In this document: positions 37,301 through 46,517 of the stretch, one piece after another
Numbering within the stretch: the stretch's first letter is position 1
Layout of the letters: each line of letters starts with the position of its first letter
Virus record (IMG/VR): IMGVR_UViG_3300045971_000477
Span: 1 to 55,771 of that record
Source: a virus
Lineage: Duplodnaviria > Caudoviricetes
Direction: 5' to 3' (one strand)
Length of the DNA: 55,771 bases
The notes under the pieces: generated by a model
What the model was told of the DNA's origin: nothing
What the model saw: only the letters and a program-made list of their open reading frames with translations
Databases searched by the model: none
Position numbers and translations under genes: made by a program

Positions 37301-38765
37301 CGCCGCCTTCGAGGATTATCATCCGTGGGTTTGCGTTGAACACATCGTTGGTGATCCGTGCCGTAAACTCCTGCACCTGTTGCCCACCCACGCCCATGTT
37401 CTGCCAGATCAACCCGAGATTCGTGGAAACGATGTCCGGGATGATGTTCGATGCGGCGGTATCGGCCTGCAAGTTCCCAATGATCGAATCACCCAGGAAC
37501 ACCACGACTGGGCTATTGGTCGCGTATAGCTCCACCAGAGGGACATAGTTGGTGAAGAATGTCTCGGTGCTCCACTGTTTGCTCCCAGTGAATCCCGTGC
37601 CATCGTTGTGCATCCACGTCCCTGCGCTCTGGAATCCACGAGTGTCGAATTTGAACGGGTTATAGTTCGAGTTTGTCCAGCTTGCGAATACCCCGACGTA
37701 ATCCCCAACCTGACAGTTCAGCGGTGGGGTGAAAGTCACGGTGTTGGTTCCACTCACTGTAACCTGCGAATGCACATCTGCACTGGTATCAATCAGGGTG
37801 AACGTCCCGGCGGCCGTGGTGTTGGTCCTCCAAATCTTGAACCGCAACTCGTAGAGGTTGGTGTTCAGGAGCGGGCTGGAGACGTAAAGGAACCTCGCCT
37901 GACTGACCGGGGTTGATTGCCTGATCCTGAACCGCGTGCCTGTGCTAAGCCACTCCAGGTTGGTGCCCGATGATCCCCAGCTAACGCTCGAGTTAGTGAA
38001 CGGTGCCCATGGGATTGACTGCGCTGTGTTGGTTGATGCAGTGGCATACCGTGCGGAGTAGAGGAGATTACTGTTGGATGGTGACGGGCCTGTGAGCAGG
38101 TTCGTTGCGGAGTTGAGCTGGGCCAATGTGGTGAATCCGTTTGTAGCTGCGGCATCCTGCCCGTAAACCGCACCCGCAAACGTGATGTCCCGCACATCCC
38201 CATTCGTTAACGCGCCAGATGTCCCCACGTTCGTCAGGCCTGCACCGTTGCCTGTGATTAATCCACCCACCGTCAGGTTGCTCACCAATGAAACGGCCCG
38301 CACATCCCCGTTCGTGAGTGCCCCGGATGTCCCACCACCCGCCCCGGCCACAAGTGCGTCCACCTGGGACATCGTGTAGAAGTTCGTGGCGGGATTGGGC
38401 ATGGCCACCGTGGCGGATGTGGCAAGGCTCGCCATTGGCACATCGCCCTCCGTATTGGTCAGCACAGCCATCTTGAAGACTGTGTCCACCCTCCCGGCAA
38501 AGGTCAGGGTGTAGTTGCCCCAGACCACGTTGGTGAAGTAGAAGGCACCGTTCGTGTCGGAGGTGGCGACCACTGGATCGCGACGGATGAAGACGCCATT
38601 GACTGTGCGCGGGTTGGGCGACACAAGGGTCAGTGTGCAGGCAATCCCTGTCTGTGGCGCAAGACCGTAGTTACCCACACTACCCGTGAGCAGGTTGGTC
38701 TGGGCAAAGGTGGGTGATGCAAGCGTCAGGAACGCGAGCAAAAGGATGGCGAGCTTATTTTTCAT
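34362..38765 (-). CDS. Signal-peptide-bearing fibre/spike-like protein with SGNH hydrolase and YadA-head-like repeats
   Basis: MKNKLAILLLAFLTLASPTFA-Q signal; FLGDSI..NMGVGG..EGGVNN..DNLH (SGNH); ~14-aa NTAVG/NVAIG repeats. Confidence 0.8.
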   Translation of the reverse strand: MKNKLAILLLAFLTLASPTFAQTNLLTGSVGNYGLAPQTGIACTLTLVSPNPRTVNGVFIRRDPVVATSDTNGAFYFTNVVWGNYTLTFAGRVDTVFKMAVLTNTEGDVPMASLATSATVAMPNPATNFYTMSQVDALVAGAGGGTSGALTNGDVRAVSLVSNLTVGGLITGNGAGLTNVGTSGALTNGDVRDITFAGAVYGQDAAATNGFTTLAQLNSATNLLTGPSPSNSNLLYSARYATASTNTAQSIPWAPFTNSSVSWGSSGTNLEWLSTGTRFRIRQSTPVSQARFLYVSSPLLNTNLYELRFKIWRTNTTAAGTFTLIDTSADVHSQVTVSGTNTVTFTPPLNCQVGDYVGVFASWTNSNYNPFKFDTRGFQSAGTWMHNDGTGFTGSKQWSTETFFTNYVPLVELYATNSPVVVFLGDSIIGNLQADTAASNIIPDIVSTNLGLIWQNMGVGGQQVQEFTARITNDVFNANPRMIILEGGVNNLIAGNANATIQGYFGALWTTISDRSIPFVQCAIFPTSGWVDPTNRALLNNWISNNVASYGGVYWDAAPYIGSNSPTGPAGNLWYPLPGTTIDNLHFNAAGCWIIGTNLVNFINSLPPVSTGTLATRTELIAVSNALANAASPNALTNSDTRAITFANNLTVNGTNSAGVLEIVGVNSPVILTAGSDNELVVGSEIAVQGSGVIAGNLRVGFTITGNGAGITNTSGYSLGSMADTNWVLSQIASLGAHVYATGTTNTQGVLTLTNKSQGWAAVPTTVTTNTVSAAAGQYVRSIVSSNTFARFEAGPISIEAYAFRVGAAATSVSFHPEIYIYDPILSNLVEVAAAPSQVCQSNVPVLFDFSVSLPSSFVPTNASHIVWAWKVDGTNGTPTSLNFVSGGAYDSHLSFSVPAASGFTLPRTVPLTNMDNAFYGSNTFNGITYFKEIRSAYPGGNISIGSNAAQVASAGIVTVAIGSSALSKNTNGSYNVAIGAGAVQNATNITGTVAIGYQAQNVLQSGTENTAVGYQAQKSVIVGIANTAVGSYAQEYLDGTDNTALGAYAQRNTTTGVANTAVGTSAQYSSQTGSYNTSIGRGAHYKMTGSNNVAVGYSTAYYETGGAYNTVMGTLAAQDKTNGSYNVVVGASALLSATNITGTVAIGYQAQNVLQLSTQNTALGYQSQTYLITGSGNTSVGYRSADGANAADNAASLIDTNCTFIGTSSGRSSTIPNTTPLTNATSIGYNSKAIANNTVTLGGTGKEAVALVLNPMGSQPTNIPPNFAYFYSITNSTNAVVEMYISGGDGVATQISPHADDAPPQLYDKTTGDMKEIIWRESNPYITNGLVSFINMRRMARLTELNTRAILYLAGNTAVGPSNGLVKLKALQPWERSVIATEDYQTYNARTGGNLQPLNWDTMQASVQATYDMQRANIDLQRTYLSATNAVIQAQIAAGDTNLTLVPLPDALPVRNVKQAKPGWMQ
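35298..35807. repeat. 57-bp exact direct repeat in the YadA-like region (35298-35354 = 35751-35807)
   Basis: Both copies encode ATNITGTVAIGYQAQNVLQ. Confidence 0.9.
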
Positions 38766-38769
38766 ATTT

Positions 38770-39549
38770 TTACGCATACGGATTGCAAACGATTGCAGGC
38801 TCCATCAGATCTGTTCGGACGTATTGGCGGATGATGGCCCGTTGCGCTAAAGCATACGTTGATGTGTTGATTGTTGCAATCAGGATGTAATTGCCATCTC
38901 CAAACGTGATTCCACTGGAGGACGTGCCGTCCAGCAGGCGGACGTACCACTCGCCAGCACTGATCGTGCTCCGGTCAACATAGACGTAGAACCATTCCGA
39001 ATCCTTGGGCACCGTGAAGTCGCATCCAGCCGATCCGTCATCCTGCCACGGAGTGTAATCAACCATCGTGCCCACATCGGTTGTGTCGTCCGGGTCTGAG
39101 TTTACGCCATCCGTCTGGTGAACGTATTTCCCCCAATCGTCCCCAATCCTCCCAGCCCGCACGCGAAATGTCCGCCACTGGAGATCTTCCGTAATGGGTA
39201 TGCTCCCCCCCTGGGCAATAATGAGGGCATCCCCGGCACTGGCAGACCCACCATCGGCTGTTGTGGAAAAGGCCGCGCGGTAGGTATTTGACATCACCGG
39301 CGAGGGGATCACCTTGAACGGGTAATAGATCGTCTGTGGTTCTGTTCCGCTGCCCTTATAGAACCGCATCCGGTCAATCTGCCGTTGAATGTGGTGGACA
39401 TTCTGGGAGACAGACCGGATCTGGGCATTGGTCTGGCTGTTCTTCTTCCACTGCCGGGGCACAGCATCCGAATCGCGCAAGGACCGTTGCGCCGATGCCT
39501 CATTGAAGTGCGGCAATGTCCTTAACGGGATTGGGTTGGTGTTGCTCAT
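38770..39549 (-). CDS. Putative tail protein
   Basis: 259 aa; position in tail module. Confidence 0.55.
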   Translation of the reverse strand: MSNTNPIPLRTLPHFNEASAQRSLRDSDAVPRQWKKNSQTNAQIRSVSQNVHHIQRQIDRMRFYKGSGTEPQTIYYPFKVIPSPVMSNTYRAAFSTTADGGSASAGDALIIAQGGSIPITEDLQWRTFRVRAGRIGDDWGKYVHQTDGVNSDPDDTTDVGTMVDYTPWQDDGSAGCDFTVPKDSEWFYVYVDRSTISAGEWYVRLLDGTSSSGITFGDGNYILIATINTSTYALAQRAIIRQYVRTDLMEPAIVCNPYA

Positions 39550-40670
39550 GTCGTTCTGAGCTTGGGCATGTCAATGGTGCTGAAGGGGCGATAGTCCGTC
39601 ACGGCATCCGGCCTCTTCGTGGCGGCATAGAACTCTGCGTCCCAGTAGCCCACGGGGGAACCAATCCACGTCCGGGTCAGCTTGAACCATGTCCGCTCAA
39701 ATTGCAGCTCATCCGCCTTCCGCAACCAACTGATGACGGGACTGCCTACAGCGTAGCCTGTGGACGAATAGCACTGGGGATTGATCTTGGCAATGTCATC
39801 AAAGACCGTGGCGGTGGAGTCTGCGGGATAGGTAGGGTTGTGGAAATAGTCCGGTAGCCCACCATCCGCGATGGGGTCTTCGATGTAACCTCCGGGGTTG
39901 AGGTAGGGTGGTCGCCAATAGTAGGAGGCCCATGTCACCTGGTAACCCGTCAGGTAGGGCGTCTCTTCCCCGCGCCAATGCTTCTGGATAATCTCTAGTG
40001 CCGCATATTTGCACATCGCCGTGCCTGCAAGCTTGGTGGAACTTGTCGTGTTTCCTGATGCGCAGAAGTCGAGGGAATCTTTGATCTGTTTGGCGAGTGC
40101 ATTTCTGGTGACTGGAGATGGGTTCTCCATGTAAAGCTGCAATGCGCGAATGGTCTGCTGGTTCCTGCTCCATTCCTCTGCGCTGGCCCCGTTCAACGAA
40201 TAGACATAGCGAGGGTGCTTGAGGATGTTCACGCCCAGTTCCACGGGCACAATGCCGAATGTGTCCCAGGGGACATCGAAGGATGTGGCTTCTGCTGTGC
40301 AAGTCAGGAGGGCAAACCCGCCACGTTGATGCTGCACCCTGGTGGAGAGCACGCGGGTTCTGTTTCCGCCATCGTCCAGAAGATGTGCCCCTCTGCCCAG
40401 CGTCTCCATTCGGGTCAGTGCCTCGTTCCAAGGCATCCTGAACCGGTGCGTGATGGTGCATTGTTCGGCACGTTCAATCTCGGGCGAATCAGGATCTTCC
40501 TCAACGATGGGCAGGTTGGTGCCGTTTGTGCCTGCTCTATTGGATACGATCCGTGCAGCCTCCGGGGTGGCTGTACCTTCCCGGGTGCCTGAGCTTGTGA
40601 CCAACCCGTCCGCACGGTTCATCCCACTGATGATGGGCCTGTAAACTGGATTGAATATGGTGGCGGGCAT
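39546..40670 (-). CDS. Putative tail/baseplate hub protein
   Basis: 374 aa; downstream of the tape measure. Confidence 0.55.
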   Translation of the reverse strand: MPATIFNPVYRPIISGMNRADGLVTSSGTREGTATPEAARIVSNRAGTNGTNLPIVEEDPDSPEIERAEQCTITHRFRMPWNEALTRMETLGRGAHLLDDGGNRTRVLSTRVQHQRGGFALLTCTAEATSFDVPWDTFGIVPVELGVNILKHPRYVYSLNGASAEEWSRNQQTIRALQLYMENPSPVTRNALAKQIKDSLDFCASGNTTSSTKLAGTAMCKYAALEIIQKHWRGEETPYLTGYQVTWASYYWRPPYLNPGGYIEDPIADGGLPDYFHNPTYPADSTATVFDDIAKINPQCYSSTGYAVGSPVISWLRKADELQFERTWFKLTRTWIGSPVGYWDAEFYAATKRPDAVTDYRPFSTIDMPKLRTT

Positions 40671-40677
40671 AGGGAGA

Positions 40678-41250
40678 TTACGTTACGAGCAGCACAACGG
40701 AGTCAGATGTCAGATCCGCGCCCTGCGCGTTGTGGACTAAGCACCTGTAGAATTTCCCATTCAGAGTTGCATCGGTGGGCGTTATGGTGAGCGTTCCGGG
40801 CACCGCCACACTGTAAACGCCATCTGTGGTAATTGTGGTGGGTGACGCAAAGTCGCTTGTTGCCGATACCTGCCACGTGTAGGTGGTGGCGACCTCGTTG
40901 GTTGTCACAACGACAGTGTAGTCCGCGTGATTCCCTCCGCCATGCACAAAGGTGGGAACCCCCACGGGCTGCGTCGTGATCTCGATGGGCCAAGTCAGAT
41001 CTGGTTCCACGGTGAAGGCCAGCAGGGCAAATGACGTCACGCCCATCGCAAACGGGGTGGACCCGTATCGCTTGCACATGAGTGCCTCGTCCGTCATTTG
41101 AATGGCCCTCGTCCAGACGGTGTTGCCCGCAGGCCTGTCCGCAATGGTTACCTGCTGGGCGGGTTGCGTGTAGGTCACGTCTGAAAGTGTGCCTGCAATA
41201 GTCACATCCGTTCCCGCCACCGTCACTGTGCTTATCGTTAATGTTTTCAT
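40678..41250 (-). CDS. Ig-like domain virion protein
   Basis: ITTQP...TYTWQ...TLTIT...NG.FYRC.V.N...SDSVVL. Confidence 0.75.
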   Translation of the reverse strand: MKTLTISTVTVAGTDVTIAGTLSDVTYTQPAQQVTIADRPAGNTVWTRAIQMTDEALMCKRYGSTPFAMGVTSFALLAFTVEPDLTWPIEITTQPVGVPTFVHGGGNHADYTVVVTTNEVATTYTWQVSATSDFASPTTITTDGVYSVAVPGTLTITPTDATLNGKFYRCLVHNAQGADLTSDSVVLLVT

Positions 41251-41253
41251 TTT

Positions 41254-42612
41254 TTATGCTCCGTTGAATGCCATGGGCATTCCACCGGGGTTGAATGCCG
41301 GTTTCTCACTGCCCCGTCCTGAAAGTATCTCCGCAATCCGTTTGGTGTTCGCTGCCGTGTCCTTGGCGTAGTTCGCCCCTGCTCCGGTGCCGATGACGAG
41401 GCCCATCTTCTCCCAGGCTGAGGCGGGAAGTCGTTTGGTGGCAGCGTCAGGTTGATCTGGAGTGGGTCGGAAAATATCCCCAATCTTGCTGGTGACTGCT
41501 TTTCCTCCGGGAAACAATTCAATGACCCACTTCAACCCCTTGTAGATCTGATCAAATAGCCAGTTGAACCCTTCTGCAATCTTTGCCAGTGCAAGGATCA
41601 CGCCACGGATTACAATGGTGACGGCATTTATTGCGGGTGCAAGCATGTAGGCCAGTTCCGCGCCCAATGCCTTCAAGTCCTGTCCAAGTGCGGAGAAGTT
41701 GACGCTCATGCCCATCAGGACGGGTGCCGTGCTTGCAAGCATCTCAGAGGACATCTTGAACGTGTTGCCCACATAAGCCACCACGTTCGCATATCTATCC
41801 ATCTCTTCCACACTGACGCCCATCGCATCGGCTACGGCAGATCGTTGTGTTACCATGCCCATCGGAAGCCCTCCTGATTGCATAGTCTTGGCGTAAATCT
41901 TCTTTGCCTCCTCAAATGCATGTGCTGTTGCCCGAACCACGGACATTAGCCCTTTGAGTGCGACACCAACACCCAGTGCTGCTGCTGTAAGCACAGCGGC
42001 GGCTGCGGCAGATCCCGATGTCCCTGCGGCACTCACTGCACTTCCCAACCCAGGAAGACCTCCTGCGGTAAGTCCACGACCCATTGCCCCGCGCATGCCT
42101 GTCCCGAACGGTGTGTTGAGTGCTGAGAATCCCTGTCGGAAAGATGCGAGGGTGGACAGAGGAGATCCGGGGTTGAACATGGGTAGTCCCGCAAAACCGA
42201 TGTTCTTTAGGAACTGGCCCGTGCCGGATGACCCGGAACCACCGGATGTCCCACTTGGCGTAGGCAACCCCGGAATAACCTGTCGTTTGTTGAACGGGGT
42301 GGGTTGCGCTGGCGGCGGGAGGATGATGGGGTTGAATGGGTTGCTGGATCCACCCCCAGTGTTCCCCGGGGTGGGGATCTTGGGCATCTTGGGCAGTGCA
42401 GTGCCCATCGCGGATACCATCTCTTTCCACGCGAACGTGGTCCGCATGATTGCGCTCGCCCATGTGTTCTGGGCAACCGTTGCACGTTCAAGACTTGTGA
42501 CCTGCTTGGACAGGTCCACGCCCATCGCTGCTTTCAAAGCTTTCTTGGCCTCTTCGAGATCCTTGCGCATCTCCTCAAGGCCCAGCCTCAGATTTACTTT
42601 GATATCAGCCAT
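41254..42612 (-). CDS. Tape measure-like protein (short)
   Basis: Ala/Gly-rich, helical, with hydrophobic segments; follows the chaperone pair. Confidence 0.65.
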   Translation of the reverse strand: MADIKVNLRLGLEEMRKDLEEAKKALKAAMGVDLSKQVTSLERATVAQNTWASAIMRTTFAWKEMVSAMGTALPKMPKIPTPGNTGGGSSNPFNPIILPPPAQPTPFNKRQVIPGLPTPSGTSGGSGSSGTGQFLKNIGFAGLPMFNPGSPLSTLASFRQGFSALNTPFGTGMRGAMGRGLTAGGLPGLGSAVSAAGTSGSAAAAAVLTAAALGVGVALKGLMSVVRATAHAFEEAKKIYAKTMQSGGLPMGMVTQRSAVADAMGVSVEEMDRYANVVAYVGNTFKMSSEMLASTAPVLMGMSVNFSALGQDLKALGAELAYMLAPAINAVTIVIRGVILALAKIAEGFNWLFDQIYKGLKWVIELFPGGKAVTSKIGDIFRPTPDQPDAATKRLPASAWEKMGLVIGTGAGANYAKDTAANTKRIAEILSGRGSEKPAFNPGGMPMAFNGA

Positions 42613-42805
42613 GGTTCAAAATCCTATCGTATTCCTGCTTCACATATCCGGGGGACTTCCGCTCGAGGTTGCTTCCCCAGAGGCTCGCTTCATTTTCCCG
42701 TGCCCAGTTGTAGTAGGCCCACCCTTGCGCCCCGGGAATCCGCTTTCTGATGTGGTCCGGGGTCCACCCGAACGCCTTCATCAAAATGCAACGCTTCTCC
42801 ATCAA
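42605..42805 (-). CDS. Tail assembly chaperone C-terminal (T-like) segment
   Basis: -1 frame relative to the upstream ORF, directly before the tape measure. Confidence 0.6.
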   Translation of the reverse strand: MMEKRCILMKAFGWTPDHIRKRIPGAQGWAYYNWARENEASLWGSNLERKSPGYVKQEYDRILNHG

Positions 42806-43329
42806 CCAACCGAAACCGTCAACGGCACTACCGATGACGCGGTAGGGTCCGCGCTCTGCTCACCCTCCTTGGTTGCGGCTCCATACGCCACAACGGTGGA
42901 CCAATAGGTGGTCAACTGCTGCACAATGGCCTTGCTCAACTCCGCGAGTGCGGGAAGGCGCAACTTGCCAAACTCCTTCTTGGCATGGGCACGCAACCCT
43001 TTCAATCCCTCACCCTGGATGATGCCTTCCACGGTGTCCGCATCGCGGGTCAAGATCCAGCACAGTTCCCATGCATGAGGCCCACGGGGGGTGAAGTCCC
43101 CCTCGTTCGCGGTCATCATCTTGTGAAGCGGATGCTCCAGCAGTGCGAGGAACTCGAAGTCAATGTCGTAAAACGGACGAACACTGTAAGGCCCTACCAC
43201 GATGTCGGGCAGGATTGAAAAAGCGTCGCGCAGTGGGCCGGGTAGCGGTTCGGCTGCTGCGCGACGTCCTGCGGTGTCTTCTCGTGCTTGTCGGGCAACG
43301 GTCTCTGCAATCTGTTGTTCAATGTCCAT
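42802..43329 (-). CDS. Tail assembly chaperone (G-like)
   Basis: Between tail tube and tape measure. Confidence 0.6.
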   Translation of the reverse strand: MDIEQQIAETVARQAREDTAGRRAAAEPLPGPLRDAFSILPDIVVGPYSVRPFYDIDFEFLALLEHPLHKMMTANEGDFTPRGPHAWELCWILTRDADTVEGIIQGEGLKGLRAHAKKEFGKLRLPALAELSKAIVQQLTTYWSTVVAYGAATKEGEQSADPTASSVVPLTVSVG

Positions 43330-43366
43330 GTGCTACAATGGCCCTGAACGGTTCAGGTTGCAATAA

Positions 43367-43801
43367 TTAACCTTCGATCAGGCGCAAACGCTCCACGGTA
43401 ATGGTTCGTTCACCCGCCTGCTTGGGCGCGGCCTCGTAGTTGCTGTCAACCACGGTGGCGGCATATGATCCACGGGATGAGCTGATAAGCCCCCCCGCGT
43501 CCACGATTGTGACGGAAGTCCCCACGGTCGGCGGGACCATTCCAGATTCATCACGAACCGTGATGTTCCAATCGTTGCCGTCGGTGAGGATGATACGTGT
43601 CGTGGTGATCCCTGTGCCGTTGGGCAACTTGATCAATTCAGCCAATTGCTTCTGGCTGAACTTGGACACAACGTAGTAGCCCGTGCCGTTGACGGTGCCG
43701 CCGGGAGATGGGCTGGTAAGAAGCCCATCTGTGCCCCACCTGATAGTGGTGTTGCCGCTTGCGGCGTATCCGACTGATTGTGCTGTAGGCCAATTAGCCA
43801 T
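43367..43801 (-). CDS. Putative tail tube (major tail) protein
   Basis: 144 aa, beta-rich; canonical position. Confidence 0.55.
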   Translation of the reverse strand: MANWPTAQSVGYAASGNTTIRWGTDGLLTSPSPGGTVNGTGYYVVSKFSQKQLAELIKLPNGTGITTTRIILTDGNDWNITVRDESGMVPPTVGTSVTIVDAGGLISSSRGSYAATVVDSNYEAAPKQAGERTITVERLRLIEG

Positions 43802-43822
43802 AAATGTGATTTCCTTTCTTGA

Positions 43823-44230
43823 TTACGCGGCAGCACTGATCAGTGCTCGCATTGTGAATACGCAGGGGGTGGCAGCAGCCGCAGTGGATGCCGTCACCTT
43901 CATAAGCGTCACTGTGGTTGCTGCGGCAACAAGGAACGGGTTTGTTCCATAAACTGCCGTGGTGGACCAGATGTAAGGCACGTTGGCTGTCAGTGACAGG
44001 GATGTTCCCGCAGACGCACCGTTGTAGGGAACCACCGTGGCATCCAGTGTGGAGAAGAAAACCACGGACTTAACGGTGGACACCGTCAGGTTTACGGGGT
44101 CGAGTGTAACCTGGGCACTGGAAATGATGGTGTTCTCCACCACCAACTCCACTTCCTCCGTGACATCCGTGCTCTTGGCGAAGTTGCCGCCTGCGGTGAC
44201 GCACCCCATTGATATTGTATGTGTAGGCAT
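43823..44230 (-). CDS. Putative virion protein
   Basis: Thr/Ala/Val-rich, 135 aa. Confidence 0.55.
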   Translation of the reverse strand: MPTHTISMGCVTAGGNFAKSTDVTEEVELVVENTIISSAQVTLDPVNLTVSTVKSVVFFSTLDATVVPYNGASAGTSLSLTANVPYIWSTTAVYGTNPFLVAAATTVTLMKVTASTAAAATPCVFTMRALISAAA

Positions 44231-44238
44231 TGTTTTCC

Positions 44239-44751
44239 TTAAGGTTGAACCTGATAAACATCAGGTATGTCGTTTGCTGTGCTAAACTCCAACACGAATG
44301 CGTCCATGAACACGTTGGCCGAATTGTTCGGGCCACTCCCCGGCAATGGCCGGATGCTCTTGTAATCGATGGGGAACTCCTCGGTGATCACCGTGATCGT
44401 CCGCAGAATCTCCCGCACTGTCTCAACGCAATCGTAAAACGGATCTTCCTTGGATGTCGGTCCCTGCTCAGACATGGCATTCTTGAACCCATGCCCGCGC
44501 ATGATGACCACCATCCAGCTACGGTCAACCCTATGGAGCCGATTTGCAAGATTAAATCCACCACGCGACACCTCGCCGTTAAATGCAACAAGGATTCGCG
44601 GAGCTTCCGACAACAGATAAATCTCCTCCCACAAATGGCGCATGTTCGCCATGACCTTGACGCTGCCGCCTTTCGGCTCTGCCCATGCCGCAATGGATCC
44701 CCCAATGTATTGGGCCTGCTCGGTTATTGATGGCGGGGTGGGCAAGCTCAT
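44239..44751 (-). CDS. Putative tail terminator/completion protein
   Basis: 170 aa following the gpG-like gene. Confidence 0.55.
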   Translation of the reverse strand: MSLPTPPSITEQAQYIGGSIAAWAEPKGGSVKVMANMRHLWEEIYLLSEAPRILVAFNGEVSRGGFNLANRLHRVDRSWMVVIMRGHGFKNAMSEQGPTSKEDPFYDCVETVREILRTITVITEEFPIDYKSIRPLPGSGPNNSANVFMDAFVLEFSTANDIPDVYQVQP

Positions 44752-45194
44752 TTCAACAGCCTTTCAATGGCTTGCGATGCAACATCTTCCATCCGCGCCT
44801 GTATTGCCGGGGTGGGATCACCGTTCTCCAGCATTGGAAAATAGGGACGTGCCGGGATGTTGTTTCCGCCGCCAAACTGATGGACAGTGGCGTATGGCAC
44901 CCGATCATCGGATGTGGACACCGTGTTGCCGTCCACCTGAATGGCGGACAACAGATCCCCGTCAACCAAAAGTGTGGCGTGCGCCCTGCCCACCCGGGCA
45001 GCATAATTGGGACTGAGTGCTGGCCATGACATTGGCCGGTAGGGGCCTGAATCACCGATGTTCCTCTGCACGCAATCCAGATAGTCCAGAGCCATCGCAT
45101 GCTCAATGTCTTCCTTGGCTCCCGTGAGCTTTGCGAGGATCTCCGTGCCCATCTGGGCCAGTTCAGTGTCGTCCACGGTCAGTTGGAAGTTCAC
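44748..45194 (-). CDS. Mu gpG-like virion morphogenesis (neck) protein
   Basis: WPALSP.Y, L.VDGDL, PYATVHQFGG..IPARPYF; GTG start in a GTGA overlap. Confidence 0.85.
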   Translation of the reverse strand: MNFQLTVDDTELAQMGTEILAKLTGAKEDIEHAMALDYLDCVQRNIGDSGPYRPMSWPALSPNYAARVGRAHATLLVDGDLLSAIQVDGNTVSTSDDRVPYATVHQFGGGNNIPARPYFPMLENGDPTPAIQARMEDVASQAIERLLK

Positions 45195-45964
45195 TTGGCG
45201 CCTCCCACCATCCAGCAGCGGCAGTTGCACACTTCTTCAGGACTGCCTTCCGGGTCGCCCGGATACATTAGCCCATTCGCGAAGGCTGTTTCCATGGCAA
45301 CGGCACCTTGGTTCCCGCAGTTCACATGGGTGTTCCGCACTTTATCATCCCCCACCGTCACCCAAATCTTGGTCTTGTAGCCCTGCTGCTGCAACGCGAG
45401 CAGTTGAACTGCACCAAAGGTGGCCTGGGCCTCTGTTAACGCCAATCGTTGCGCCTCCGTGTCCGCCAGACGCCTTCCGGTTTCGATCACCCGCGCCATT
45501 GCCTCCGCGTTGTTCAAGCCCTCCTTGCGGGCATCCTCTGCAGTCTGCCGCAGGGTTATCCTTGTTCTGTCCGAAAAATCACTGATCAAGTCTGATCTCT
45601 GCCGCAGGAATGCCGTCACGTCATCATCGGTGACCGTGGCTCCCAGGGTCGTTGCGGCATCCCTGAACTGGGCTTCCCCCTCATCATCCATCAACATCAG
45701 CCAATAGAGCATGAGTTCGTCACCTTTGCGCTTCCGCATTGCGTCCGCTTCGGCAGCGGCAATCAATCTGTGTGCTGCAATGAGGTAGGCAGCTTCTGCC
45801 TTGTCCCGGGCATCTTCTGCCGATTTGGTCGAGGACTCTTTCTCCGCATGGGCAATTTCTGCCTCACTAGCCCGAATTGCCAATGCCTCAATGCGCTGCG
45901 CCAACGATAGACGATGCATCACATCGTCCACGGTCAACGGAGCGGATTGTAGGAGTGTGGCCAT
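45191..45964 (-). CDS. Mu gpF/SPP1 gp7-like head morphogenesis protein
   Basis: K.W.TVGDDKVR.TH...YPGDP......NCRC. Confidence 0.88.
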   Translation of the reverse strand: MATLLQSAPLTVDDVMHRLSLAQRIEALAIRASEAEIAHAEKESSTKSAEDARDKAEAAYLIAAHRLIAAAEADAMRKRKGDELMLYWLMLMDDEGEAQFRDAATTLGATVTDDDVTAFLRQRSDLISDFSDRTRITLRQTAEDARKEGLNNAEAMARVIETGRRLADTEAQRLALTEAQATFGAVQLLALQQQGYKTKIWVTVGDDKVRNTHVNCGNQGAVAMETAFANGLMYPGDPEGSPEEVCNCRCWMVGGAK

Positions 45965-46464
45965 TATGGGGAAACCACCATGTCGTATTCACCGTCTATC
46001 GTGTCAGCCCCACCTGTGTCAGGCACTTCGCCTGCCGTGGTTTCAGGGTCCGTGGGGCGCGTATAGGGCATCCCGTCCCGGATCTGCTTGAGCATAGCCT
46101 GTGCGTCCTTGTACATCTGCATGAGCGGGGCGTAAACCCCGCCATTGGTCAGGAGCACCATCTGTAGGTTTGGCATGGAGTTAACCAACCGGAAAGCTGT
46201 CATGGCCAACACATGAATCTCTGCATCGGGCGGCACAGATCCTTCTGTCTGGCTCCGTGGGATGCGCCCGCCAGCAATCATGGCACCACGGAACTCCTGC
46301 ACGGTCTGGTCGAGCAGTGCGGTCTTCCGGTCTGTGTAACTAGGATCCAGCGGAGTGTCCGCTGTCGCGTCCTCGTTCACGTTCTCATTGCTGCGGGCCT
46401 GAACCATGATGCTAAGCACCTTGTTCACATCCGCCGCAACAGGGACTTTCCAGTTGGTTGACAT
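45964..46464 (-). CDS. Head-tail adaptor (Mu gp36-like)
   Basis: YKDA..ML.QIRDG motif; position after capsid. Confidence 0.6.
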   Translation of the reverse strand: MSTNWKVPVAADVNKVLSIMVQARSNENVNEDATADTPLDPSYTDRKTALLDQTVQEFRGAMIAGGRIPRSQTEGSVPPDAEIHVLAMTAFRLVNSMPNLQMVLLTNGGVYAPLMQMYKDAQAMLKQIRDGMPYTRPTDPETTAGEVPDTGGADTIDGEYDMVVSP

Positions 46465-46517
46465 AGTGATGGGTGCCCACCCCGGACAGGCGGGATGGGC
46501 ACCGTCGCATGTAAGGG

